Assembly: GCA_043819795.1 (NCBI GenBank)
Contig: JBDREN010000141.1
Span: forward strand, 1 to 52,565
Length of the DNA stretch: 52,565 bases
From: Elusimicrobiota bacterium
GTDB lineage: Bacteria > Elusimicrobiota > Elusimicrobia > UBA1565
Direction: 5' to 3'
Part shown: one piece after another, positions 36,966-45,901 of the stretch
Layout of the letters: each line of letters starts with the position of its first letter
Position numbering within the stretch: the stretch's first letter is position 1
Notes under the pieces: model-generated
The model's input: only the letters and a program-made list of their open reading frames with translations
The model's database searches: none
What the model was told of the DNA's origin: nothing
Position numbers and translations under genes: made by a program

Positions 36966-38516
36966 ATGGCGGTCGCGGAAAAGATCAAGAAGATGGACTT
37001 CATCGAGGAGCTGGGCATCAAGGGCGTCAACTCGGGAGTGTGCTACGGCCCCGGCTGGATCGAGAATCCCTCGGGCGGGATCCTGGAGTCGTACTCCCCC
37101 AACGACGGGAAGCTCATCGCCAAGGTCAAGATGGCGGGCCCCGAGGATTACGAGAAGGTCGTGGCGAAAGCGGCCGAGTCCCTCAAGACCTGGCGCATGG
37201 TGCCGGCGCCCAAGCGGGGCGAGATCGTCCGGCAGATCGGCATGGCGCTTCGCGAGAAGAAGGCCAGCCTCGGCAAGCTCGTCAGCTACGAGATGGGCAA
37301 GATCCTCCCCGAGGGCGAGGGAGAGGTCCAGGAGATGATCGACATGGCCGACTTCGCGGTCGGCCTGTCCCGCCAGCTCTACGGCCTCACCATGCAGAGC
37401 GAGAGGCCGCTCCACCGGATGTACGAGCAGTGGCATCCTTTGGGCGTGGTGGGCATCATCTCGGCCTTCAACTTCCCGGTGGCCGTATGGGCGTGGAACG
37501 CCGCGATCGCGGCCGTGTGCGGGGACACCATGGTCTGGAAGCCCTCCTCGCAGACGCCCCTGACCGCCATCGCGACCCACAACATCGTCAATAAGGTGTT
37601 CGAGCGCAACGGCTACGAGGGGATCATGGGCCTCGTCATCGGGCGCGGCTCGGCGATCGGCGAGAGGCTCATCAACGACAAGAGGATCCCCATGGTCAGC
37701 GCCACGGGCAGCACCGCCATGGGCGTCAGGATCGGCGAGGTCGTGGGCAAGCGCCTGGGCAGCACCATCCTGGAGCTCGGCGGCAACAACGCCATCATCA
37801 TCATGGACGACGCGAACCTGGACCTGGCCCTTCGGGCAGTCCTCTTCGGGTCGGTCGGGACCGCGGGCCAGCGCTGCACCACCACCCGGCGCGTGATCCT
37901 GCAGAAGGGGATCGCCAAGGAGTTCACCGACAAGCTCGTCAAGGCCTACTCCCAGGTGACGATCGGCGACCCCCTGAAGGAGGGCACCCTCATGGGGCCT
38001 CTCGTCAACAAGGAGGCCGTCGACGACATGCAGAAGGCCCTCAAGGTGATCAAGCAGCAGGGCGGCGAGGTCGTCTGCGGCGGCGAGGTGCTGACAGGCG
38101 CCGGCTACGAGAGCGGCTGCTACGTCAAGCCCTGCATCGTCAAGGCCAAGGCCGACATGCCGATCGTGCAGGACGAGACCTTCGCCCCGGTCCTCTACCT
38201 CATCACGGTGAGCGACCTGGATGAGGCCATCAAGGTCCAGAACGACGTCCCGCAGGGCCTGTCCTCGGCCATGTTCACCAACGGCCTCATCAACGCCGAG
38301 ACCTACCTCAGCCACAAGGGAAGCGACTGCGGCATCGCCAACATCAACATCGGCACCAGCGGCGCCGAGATCGGCGGGGCCTTCGGCGGCGAGAAGGAGA
38401 CCGGCGGCGGCCGCGAGGCCGGCAGCGACGCCTGGAAGGCCTACATGCGGCGGCAGACCAACACGATCAACTGGAGCCCGGACATGCCCCTGGCCCAGGG
38501 CATCAAGTTCGGCTGA
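36966..38516 (+). CDS. ALDH7-family aldehyde dehydrogenase (alpha-aminoadipate semialdehyde / P6C dehydrogenase)
   Basis: [79 protein letters not shown]. Confidence 0.93.
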   Translation: MAVAEKIKKMDFIEELGIKGVNSGVCYGPGWIENPSGGILESYSPNDGKLIAKVKMAGPEDYEKVVAKAAESLKTWRMVPAPKRGEIVRQIGMALREKKASLGKLVSYEMGKILPEGEGEVQEMIDMADFAVGLSRQLYGLTMQSERPLHRMYEQWHPLGVVGIISAFNFPVAVWAWNAAIAAVCGDTMVWKPSSQTPLTAIATHNIVNKVFERNGYEGIMGLVIGRGSAIGERLINDKRIPMVSATGSTAMGVRIGEVVGKRLGSTILELGGNNAIIIMDDANLDLALRAVLFGSVGTAGQRCTTTRRVILQKGIAKEFTDKLVKAYSQVTIGDPLKEGTLMGPLVNKEAVDDMQKALKVIKQQGGEVVCGGEVLTGAGYESGCYVKPCIVKAKADMPIVQDETFAPVLYLITVSDLDEAIKVQNDVPQGLSSAMFTNGLINAETYLSHKGSDCGIANINIGTSGAEIGGAFGGEKETGGGREAGSDAWKAYMRRQTNTINWSPDMPLAQGIKFG

Positions 38517-38524
38517 TCGGGACG
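38349..38524 (+). repeat. Direct repeat copy 1 (3' end of the ALDH gene), attL-like
   Basis: 176 bp matching 39567-39742 with 5 mismatches by manual alignment. Confidence 0.95.
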
Positions 38525-38557
38525 AAGCACCCGGACGCGGAAGCGCCCGGGTGCTTC
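38524..38557 (+). terminator. Stem-loop downstream of ALDH
   Basis: GAAGCACCCGG-acgc-GGAA-gcgc-CCGGGTGCTTC, with a weak T tail. Confidence 0.65.
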
Positions 38558-38673
38558 TTGGGCTGAGTGCCCGTCTTGGCGAGAAAGGACGCCGGCCCTC
38601 TGCTGTAGGCCCGGGGCTATTATCCCACGATCCCGAATCGGGTGTGGCAGGGGAAGTCGATTCCTGTTACACT

Positions 38674-38826
38674 ATGGGCGTGGCGGAACGTCGTGAACGC
38701 TCTCTGTACCGCACGAACCCCTATCTCCGGGACAAGAGGCTCCGCGAGAGGTTGCTGCTTCTGATCGCCAAGGACTCTTCCCGCATGGAAGGGGTGCGCG
38801 TCCCTAGGCGCGCTTCCGGCCGCTGA
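38674..38826 (+). CDS. Putative Fic antitoxin, about 50 aa
   Basis: MGVAERRERSLYRTNPYLRDKRLRERLLLLIAKDSSRMEGVRVPRRASGR contains SxxxEG, matching the (S/T)xxxE(G/N) Fic-inhibitory motif. An extended -10 (TGTTACACT) lies just upstream, so the real start may be GTG 38680. Confidence 0.65.
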   Translation: MGVAERRERSLYRTNPYLRDKRLRERLLLLIAKDSSRMEGVRVPRRASGR

Positions 38827-39475
38827 GCCTGCCGGCGGCCTTCTTCGCCCTCCGGATAGCGTCTATCACAACCTCGGTCAGCTCCCCATAGTCCCGCAGA
38901 TATCCCCGCTTGACCGCCCGGAGATAACGGCTCCTGTTCTTCCTAAGCCGGAACCCGAACTCCGGCGGAGGACATCCGGCCTGAAGCGCCATGATCCCGG
39001 CGATGAGCCGCGCGAGCCGGCCGTTTCCCTCGCGAAAGGCGTGAATCAGCAGGAACTCGGCATGGACCACGGCGATGGACTCCGCCACCCGCTCCAAGGG
39101 GCCCGGCCGGCACGGGGTGCGCGTCTTGAGCGCGTCCCGCTCGAAGGCCGCCATGTTCTGCGGAATCCTCCCGGCCGGAGGCCAAACGAAACCGGGCTTC
39201 GATAGGTTCACCGTCCGGTAACGGCCGGCCCAGGGATAGATCCCGCCCAGGAAGTGCCTGTGCATCTCCAGGATCAGGGCGTTGGTGATCGTCGTGTCCG
39301 CGGTCGCCGAGCGGAAGCATCGCGCCTGCGTCCGGCGCAGGGCCTCGAACTCCCGGGCGTCCATCCGCCTTCGACTGCGGATGCCGAGCTTGTTCTTGAG
39401 GACGGTGCTTCCGGGCTCGAACTCGCCTTCGATGTTGCCCGTTATGGAATAGCGGGTGCAGTCCCGTTTCCTCAA
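38804..39475 (-). CDS. fic: Fic/DOC family protein (AMPylase-type)
   Basis: VLKNKLGI; HRHFLGGIYPWAGRYRTVNLSK; catalytic loop HAFREGNGRLAR. Confidence 0.93.
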   Translation of the reverse strand: MRKRDCTRYSITGNIEGEFEPGSTVLKNKLGIRSRRRMDAREFEALRRTQARCFRSATADTTITNALILEMHRHFLGGIYPWAGRYRTVNLSKPGFVWPPAGRIPQNMAAFERDALKTRTPCRPGPLERVAESIAVVHAEFLLIHAFREGNGRLARLIAGIMALQAGCPPPEFGFRLRKNRSRYLRAVKRGYLRDYGELTEVVIDAIRRAKKAAGRLSGRKRA

Positions 39476-39566
39476 TGGTCGGCCACACTGATCCGTGCGT
39501 AGTGATTCATCGCCTCAAGGGATTCTACTAAACGATTGTTACCTTGTCTTGGACCGCGACAAAGGG

Positions 39567-39742
39567 ATCGGGACCAGCGGCGCCGAGATCGGCGGGGCCT
39601 TCGGCGGCGAGAAGGAGACCGGCGGCGGCCGCGAGGCCGGCAGCGACGCCTGGAAGGCCTACATGAGGCGGCAGACCAACGCCATCAACTGGAGCCCGGA
39701 CATGCCCCTGGCCCAGGGGATCAAGTTCGGCTGATCGGGACG
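39567..39742 (+). repeat. Direct repeat copy 2 (orphan 3' fragment of the ALDH gene), attR-like
   Basis: Encodes [23 protein letters not shown]...GIKFG-stop with no upstream ALDH sequence. Confidence 0.95.
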
Positions 39743-39760
39743 CGGACCGTTCGCTGACCG

Positions 39761-39800
39761 GAGAAAGCCCCCGGACGCTCAGGCGTCCGGGGGCTTTCTC
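39761..39800. terminator. Probable bidirectional terminator
   Basis: Perfect 18-bp stem GAGAAAGCCCCCGGACGC-tcag-GCGTCCGGGGGCTTTCTC between convergent reading frames. Confidence 0.8.
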
Positions 39801-39815
39801 GCGCCGGCGTCCGCG

Positions 39816-41042
39816 TCAATCCGGCGGGGGCAGCAGGTCGCGCTCGAGCTGCTCGTATTTGCGGATCACCTTCCGGACCAAGGAGCGCTTCTCGTTGTAG
39901 CTTCCCGGGAAGAAGCTCCCTTTGAAGCCCGCCACCACCAGGTTGCGCACCTGCCGCCGCGTGAGCTTCAGGCGCCGGGCCACCAGCTCGATCTCCCCCG
40001 AGACCGTGGTATTGGAGATGAGCCGGTTGTCGGTGCAGAGGCTGACCGAGAGCCCCCAGTCGATCATCTTGCCGATCGGGTGCGCCGCGATCGACCGGAC
40101 CGAGGGCGTGGTCTGGAGGTTGCTGGTCACGCAGACCTCGATGCCGATGCGCTGGCTGGCGATGTAGTTGGCGAGGTCGTAGACGTAGCGGCGCCGATCC
40201 CGGATGGAGGGGTCCTTGATCATGTCGTGCGCGAAGAGGAAAGTCCCGTGCCCGATGCGGTTGGCGTAGCACTGCGTGATGGCCTGGAAGATGGACTCGG
40301 GGCCGTAGGCCTCGCCCGCGTGGACCGTCTTCTTGATGAAGTGCATGTGGGCGTAGTGGTAGGCGCGCCAGTGGTCCACCGGGGGATAGCCGGCCTCCTC
40401 GCCCGCGAGGTCGAAGCCCACGATGGGCAGGGCATCGGTCTTGATGAGGACGACGGCCGCGCGCGCGAGCTCGAGCGAGGCGGCGGTGAAGATATCCTTA
40501 CGGTCCGAATGCCCCATGATGCGGATCAGGTCCGCGAAATAGGGCGACATGCTGCGGCCGAAGCGGCGCATCGCGCAGACGATGAGGCCGTGATGGAACG
40601 GGACGTCCTCGCCCTTCTGGACGGGGCGCGAGCGGTTGTGGGCGCGCTTGGCGGACTCGAGGCCCCGGACCACGGCGCGGATCACGTCCGGGGTCGAAAA
40701 GTCGCGGGAGGTATGCAGATGCGGCGCGAAGCGCAGCTCGATGTAGCGTACGCCCTCCGCGATGTTGTCCTCGGCCAGCTCCCGCGCCGCCCGCTCGAGG
40801 TTCTCGGCGGTGCGGAGCACCGCGCAGGTGTAGGAAAAGCCGCGGAGGTACTCCCGGAGGTTCCGGTACTTGGGTTTGAAGACGAGCCTTCGCAGGCCGC
40901 TCTGCGTGTAGGACGGCAGCTTGACCTTCGCGCGGCGCGCCAGCTCGATCAAGGTCTGCAGGCGCAGCGAGCCGTCCAGATGGACGTGCAAGTCCGCTTT
41001 GGGGATGCTCCGAATGAACTCCGGGGTGATCTTCTCGTTCAT
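39816..41042 (-). CDS. add: Adenosine deaminase family protein
   Basis: PKADLHVHLDGSLR; YIELRFAP; GFDLAGEE; TVHAGE; RIGHG; EVCVTSN; TDN. ATG at 41042, 8 nt after TACAAT. Confidence 0.92.
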   Translation of the reverse strand: MNEKITPEFIRSIPKADLHVHLDGSLRLQTLIELARRAKVKLPSYTQSGLRRLVFKPKYRNLREYLRGFSYTCAVLRTAENLERAARELAEDNIAEGVRYIELRFAPHLHTSRDFSTPDVIRAVVRGLESAKRAHNRSRPVQKGEDVPFHHGLIVCAMRRFGRSMSPYFADLIRIMGHSDRKDIFTAASLELARAAVVLIKTDALPIVGFDLAGEEAGYPPVDHWRAYHYAHMHFIKKTVHAGEAYGPESIFQAITQCYANRIGHGTFLFAHDMIKDPSIRDRRRYVYDLANYIASQRIGIEVCVTSNLQTTPSVRSIAAHPIGKMIDWGLSVSLCTDNRLISNTTVSGEIELVARRLKLTRRQVRNLVVAGFKGSFFPGSYNEKRSLVRKVIRKYEQLERDLLPPPD

Positions 41043-41286
41043 CACGACAGATTGTAGCGAAAAAAGACGCCGCGCCCAAAGAATACTTGCCGGGGAGGCG
41101 TATTGTATCCTTAATATCGGACCCGTAAAGGGGGATGATGATGGACCGCAATAAAAAGACGCTCTGACGCCCGGAAGCTCTTGCCTAAAGTCACATCCCG
41201 AAGTCATTGATTTCCCTGGTATAACCGCCTAAACTTAATACAGTCCCCACCGGAACATGCTGATTAAAATCTGCAGAGGTACCCCT

Positions 41287-43869
41287 ATGATGGCCGCGGG
41301 AAGGGAAGCCCCCCCGTCCGGCAAGGCCGGGTTCACTATCGTCGAGCTCATGATGTCCGTCTCCATCCTTTCGATCGGCGCGCTGGCGTTCGCCACCGCC
41401 TTCGGGAGCATGAGCAAGGCGATCCAGAAGGCCAAGATCCGGACCATCTCAGCCGGCCCTCTGGTCTCGGAGAAGATGGAGACGCTCAAGCGGACGCCCT
41501 ACTACCGCCTGCTCGCATCCACCGTGACCGCGACCGCCTCGGAGTCGGGCCTGGACGGCTTCGAGTACGACGCCGGGGCCTATCCCTCCGAGACGATCAC
41601 GGTCGGGGACTATCGATTCACCCGGCGCGTGCTCATCGAGAAGGTCGAGCTCGTCGGCGACAGCTTCGCGCCGGTCCCCGCCGGCGCGCCCGACACCGGG
41701 ATCAAGCGCATCACGGTCTACACGCTCTGGCAGGAAAATGGAGACTGGTACAAACACCGGGCCTCCAGCCTCTACTCCAACCCCAACCCGGCGGCCCTCG
41801 ACAACAGCGTCGGCGGCGACATCCGGGACGACGGGGGAAGCCCCCTCTCGGACGTCGAGGTGGTCGCGCTGCAGAACGCGAGGTGCGTTTCGCTGTCGGG
41901 ATCCGCCGGAGACTACTCCCTCGCGCTGCCGGCCGGCGACTACACCCTGCGCGCCAGCAAGCCCGGCTACCACTCCGCCTACAGCTCCCCGTTCACCGTG
42001 GGCTCCAACGAGGCTGTGACCCGGGACTTCACGCTGGCCGCCATCGCCGCCGGCGCGGTCCGGGGCACGGCGTGGATCAACGATCACCTCGTGCTCAGCC
42101 AGGTGGTGGGCAGCACCCCCACGGCCGGCTTCTCGACGGAGTACGTCGAAATCTTCAATCCCACCACCTATACCTGGACCGTCAACGGCGAGATCGGCCT
42201 CAGGTTCCAAAGGGACCCCGCCTCGGACCCGGTGAAGATCGACATCGACATCGACTATCGCTCGGACGAGATCCGGCCGGGAGGGTACTTCCTCTTCGCC
42301 AACACCGGCACCGTCCACGTGCTCGGCTCCTCCGTGGCGGCCGACGCGGTGTGGGACACGGCCCCGTTCGGGGACAACGACGCCGACTTCCCGTATTTCA
42401 ACGCCGCCGGGGGCGTCTACAACATCATCCCGATAAACGCCGACGGCCCGGAAGGCGAAGGCGCGCTCGAGCTCTACCGGATATCCGACGGCGCCGCCCT
42501 GGACCGGTTCGGATGGTCCGGCAACGGCTGCAGCCACAAACCGGGCTTCTACGAGACCTCGCCTCTCGCCGAATGCACGGGCCTCCAGATCCAGGAGCAG
42601 TACTACCGGTTCTCGAGCACCTCCGGATACGACTCCTCATTCGGCCCGGCCTACGACTCCGGCCACAACAACCGGGATTGGAGGGCCGTCAACCCTCTCC
42701 ACTACCGCCCGAGCAACAGCTCCGGCGCGGCCGTGCCCGTCATCGCCGGGGTCCCGGCCTCGGGGGTCGTGGTCTCCGCCGACGACGGGCTCTCCAGCTC
42801 CACGACGACCTTCGAGACCGGGAGCCCGCCCTACGTCGAGTTCGAGCTGGCCTCCGTGGCCACCGGCACCTGGCAGGTGACCCTGACGAGCGGGTCCCAT
42901 CATTCCGCGATCGGCGGCGTGGTGGTGACGCAGGGAGGGACCGCCCGGATCCCCAACAGCGCGACCGCCCCGTCCTGGACCTCCGCCGGATACACGGTGG
43001 CCCTTCTGAGCTCCACCATAACCACGGGGTTCATCGCCGGGCAGGTGAGCGACGCCGGCCTGAGCGCGCTTTCCGGCATCACGGTGCGCACCCCCTGGGG
43101 CACGACGGTGACGGGAGGGGACGGGACGTACGTGCTCAGCCTGACGCCCGGCGAGTACGCGGTGGATGCCAACCCGTCCGGCCACCCCGGATACGACCAG
43201 GATTACGTCTCGGTGTCCAGCGGCGGCTGGAGCGTGCACCTCGGCCAGGTCACCCGGGGCGTGGACTTCACGCTCTCGGCAGCCGGGGCCGTCAGCGGAT
43301 GGGCCACGATGAACGGGGTCGACCCGCTGCGCAGCGTGTCGGTGCTCGCGTTCCGGTCCGGCGTCGAGATGGGCACCGCCATAACCGGCGACGATGGGAG
43401 CTTCGCCATCATCGGACTCTCCACCGGCTCCTACTCCGTGGTCCCGCAGACCGACACCGGGGAGAGCGTGAGCCCCTCGAGCGCGAGCGTGACGCTCTCG
43501 ACGCCCGGCGAGACGGTCTGGTCCGCCACGTTCACGCTGTCCGGCGCCATGGGCACGATCACCGGGACGGTGGAGCTGGGCGGCGTGCCCATCGAAACGG
43601 GCGTCGTCATCATGGCGACCACCGGCACGATAAGCGGCAGCGACCCTCCCTCCTTCGGCTCCGCTTTGCGCTCGGGCGGCGTGCTCTACTACACCGCCTC
43701 GAGCCGGCCCGGCGGGACCTACTCCCTGGAGGTCCGGGGCGGGGCGGGAATCTACATCGTCTACGGTTGGTACAGCACGCGCCACGACCAGTACCCGACC
43801 ACGATCATGGCCAGCGGCTTGACCACCGTGAACGCGGGGGACACCTCGACCGTGGACCTGGATTGGTAG
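41287..43869 (+). CDS. Large prepilin-type protein with carboxypeptidase-regulatory-like beta-sandwich repeats and a lamin-tail-like domain
   Basis: Class III signal GFTIVELMMSVSIL; repeats such as GDYSLALPAGDYTLRASKPGY; LTD-like EYVEIFNPT...IRPGGYFLF. Confidence 0.8.
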   Translation: MMAAGREAPPSGKAGFTIVELMMSVSILSIGALAFATAFGSMSKAIQKAKIRTISAGPLVSEKMETLKRTPYYRLLASTVTATASESGLDGFEYDAGAYPSETITVGDYRFTRRVLIEKVELVGDSFAPVPAGAPDTGIKRITVYTLWQENGDWYKHRASSLYSNPNPAALDNSVGGDIRDDGGSPLSDVEVVALQNARCVSLSGSAGDYSLALPAGDYTLRASKPGYHSAYSSPFTVGSNEAVTRDFTLAAIAAGAVRGTAWINDHLVLSQVVGSTPTAGFSTEYVEIFNPTTYTWTVNGEIGLRFQRDPASDPVKIDIDIDYRSDEIRPGGYFLFANTGTVHVLGSSVAADAVWDTAPFGDNDADFPYFNAAGGVYNIIPINADGPEGEGALELYRISDGAALDRFGWSGNGCSHKPGFYETSPLAECTGLQIQEQYYRFSSTSGYDSSFGPAYDSGHNNRDWRAVNPLHYRPSNSSGAAVPVIAGVPASGVVVSADDGLSSSTTTFETGSPPYVEFELASVATGTWQVTLTSGSHHSAIGGVVVTQGGTARIPNSATAPSWTSAGYTVALLSSTITTGFIAGQVSDAGLSALSGITVRTPWGTTVTGGDGTYVLSLTPGEYAVDANPSGHPGYDQDYVSVSSGGWSVHLGQVTRGVDFTLSAAGAVSGWATMNGVDPLRSVSVLAFRSGVEMGTAITGDDGSFAIIGLSTGSYSVVPQTDTGESVSPSSASVTLSTPGETVWSATFTLSGAMGTITGTVELGGVPIETGVVIMATTGTISGSDPPSFGSALRSGGVLYYTASSRPGGTYSLEVRGGAGIYIVYGWYSTRHDQYPTTIMASGLTTVNAGDTSTVDLDW

Positions 43870-43873
43870 GCTT

Positions 43874-44371
43874 ATGCGCACTGGACGAAAGACCGCGGGC
43901 TACACGTTGACCGAGATGATGGCGGTGATGAGCATCGTGGGCATCCTGAGCACGGTGGCGCCCCAGCTCTTCATCCAGGTGTCCCGCTTCTTCCGCCAGA
44001 GCCAGGCCCGCACGGAGATCCAGCGCGACTCGCGGACCGTCTTCGCCCTGCTGGGACGCTCCCTGCGCCAAGCCCAGGCCTCCACGATCACCGTGGACCA
44101 CCTCTGGGCCCAGCCGCCCTTCTCGCGCATCACCTTCACGAAGAAGGACGGCGCCGTCATGAGCTTCTATCAGAAGGGGACCGAGCTCTACCAGGTGGAC
44201 GGCGGCACCAAGTCCATCGCGAAGAACCTGCGCTACCTCGCCTTCACCTTCCCCCACACCGACGACGAGAACCTGCTCTCGGTCGCCCTCACCCTGGAGA
44301 AGGCCACCTACCAGGGCCAGACCAAGGCGCTGCAGCTCTCGATCGAGCCGGTCCGCGTCCGAAATGAGTAG
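43874..44371 (+). CDS. Prepilin-type minor pilin/pseudopilin (PilW/GspJ-like)
   Basis: AGYTLTEMMAVMSIVGIL prepilin motif with Glu at +5. Confidence 0.85.
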   Translation: MRTGRKTAGYTLTEMMAVMSIVGILSTVAPQLFIQVSRFFRQSQARTEIQRDSRTVFALLGRSLRQAQASTITVDHLWAQPPFSRITFTKKDGAVMSFYQKGTELYQVDGGTKSIAKNLRYLAFTFPHTDDENLLSVALTLEKATYQGQTKALQLSIEPVRVRNE

Positions 44372-44413
44372 AAGCCTCTAGCGCAGCTTCAAGGGATTTG
44401 GCAGTATCTCAAG

Positions 44414-45817
44414 ATGTCGGGCACGCCAGATCCCTTAACACCCCGCGGGAAAACACACGGCGAAAAAGGACAGCTGTTGGTCGGGGCCCTGCTGATGCTT
44501 CTGGTGCTGGCCATCCTGACCCCGGCCCTCGTATTCCTGCTAAAGAACGAGTCGAGGATGGCCGCCAGGAAAAGGGAGTCCACGGTCGCCTTCTACGCGG
44601 CCGAGGCCGGGGTCGAACGCGCGCTCTGGATGCTGCGCACGAGCACCTCCACCTTCGACGAGATCCTTGGAGGGAGCGTCCCCTCCGGCTATCTGCGCGA
44701 CGCGACGTACGCGGACATCAACGCGGGGACCTACGTCGTCCTTCTTTCGAGCACCGGCGTGAGCAAGGAGATCCGCGTCGAATCCACGGGCAGAGACGAC
44801 AGTGCCAGAGAGTTAAGGACGATCGAGGTGCTCCTGAAGAAGGACATCGTCCCCGCCGTCATCTTCGCCGCTACCGTTAGGATCAAGAGGTCCGCCCAGG
44901 TGTTCTGGGGGCCGATCATGGCCACGACGAGCGTCGACGTTCAGAACTCCGCCGACCAGCTCTACCCCCGGAAGATGTCCCGCGGCCGCATCACCGCCGG
45001 GGACAACTACCCGGACCGCGACACCGACCCCTCGGCGCCCAATACCGACCGCCGGGAATGGTGGAGCTATGACTCCTACCCGGTGCCGGACGCGCCCGCC
45101 ATCGACCTGGACTACTACCGCACCCAGGCACAGATCTCCCCCAACTATTACACGAACGGCGATATGCGCTGGAACAAGGAGAAGGACAACACCGAGATGA
45201 TACGGTTCGTCGAGGGGAACTGCCAGCTGGAGGGCGATATGCACATGCGCGGCTGGCTGTTCTGCACGGGGGACGTCACCATCGACGGAAAGTGCTACGA
45301 AAAAGACGACGGCCAATACGGCGACTACACGGTCGCCGCCGAGGACATCCCCCAGAAGGCACACCTGGAGTACCGGAAGAACACCCCCAGCCAGGGGATG
45401 AACTGCCGCGGCTACGACGTCGACTGCGACGCGGGCGGCCCGGAAGCGACCAACGACGGGGACTACGCCGACGGCGACGACGCGGACGGCAACAGCGGGT
45501 GCTGCTACCAGTTCCCGGGGGACAACGGCCGCGACGGGGAGTACGCGGACTTCCGCTTCAAGTACGGCGCCGCCGGCTGCGACTCGTCCTGCCAGGGCGG
45601 CCCGAACGCGGCGGTCTGCTTCAAGGGCCTGGTCTACGCCGGAAGGGACTGCCACATCGACACATCCGCCGTGATCCACGGCGTCGTCGTATGCCAGGGC
45701 GACTTCGAAGCCGACCACGACGCCAACGTCTTCTACGACGAGAGCCTGGACATAAAGATGTCCGTGACCAGCTTCAACCAGACCTCCTGGCGGGAGCTCA
45801 TCGCGAAAACGTTCTGA
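44414..45817 (+). CDS. PilX/GspK-like minor pilin with a Cys/Asp-rich C-terminal domain
   Basis: KG-QLLVGALLMLLVLAIL (no Glu+5); AFYAAEAGVERAL; 12 Cys in the C-terminal half. Confidence 0.75.
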   Translation: MSGTPDPLTPRGKTHGEKGQLLVGALLMLLVLAILTPALVFLLKNESRMAARKRESTVAFYAAEAGVERALWMLRTSTSTFDEILGGSVPSGYLRDATYADINAGTYVVLLSSTGVSKEIRVESTGRDDSARELRTIEVLLKKDIVPAVIFAATVRIKRSAQVFWGPIMATTSVDVQNSADQLYPRKMSRGRITAGDNYPDRDTDPSAPNTDRREWWSYDSYPVPDAPAIDLDYYRTQAQISPNYYTNGDMRWNKEKDNTEMIRFVEGNCQLEGDMHMRGWLFCTGDVTIDGKCYEKDDGQYGDYTVAAEDIPQKAHLEYRKNTPSQGMNCRGYDVDCDAGGPEATNDGDYADGDDADGNSGCCYQFPGDNGRDGEYADFRFKYGAAGCDSSCQGGPNAAVCFKGLVYAGRDCHIDTSAVIHGVVVCQGDFEADHDANVFYDESLDIKMSVTSFNQTSWRELIAKTF

Positions 45818-45901
45818 CCGGCGCCCTCCTCGAGGCAGGCTAGCCTCGGAGTGGACGATTTCTTGCCGGGCATGCGCCTCTCGACGGAGGATGTCGCGCC
45901 G

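Larger units (their letters stand above)
38525..39566. mobile_element. ~1-kb integrated islet carrying a Fic toxin-antitoxin pair; no integrase present
   Basis: Bounded by the duplicated ALDH 3' end; cargo is unrelated to the flanking genes. Confidence 0.6.

Noticed and set aside
34248..38516. Fungal-type lysine biosynthesis operon
   Set aside because: No aminoadipate reductase or homocitrate synthase in the window, and ALDH7 points to the catabolic direction. It cannot be excluded without the full genome.
39495..39734. 79-aa ORF as an independent gene
   Set aside because: It is the duplicated ALDH tail preceded by unrelated sequence.
38349..39742. 176-bp repeat pair as a DGR template/variable repeat
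   Set aside because: The mismatches are not adenine-specific and are mostly synonymous, the target is a conserved enzyme, and no RT is present.
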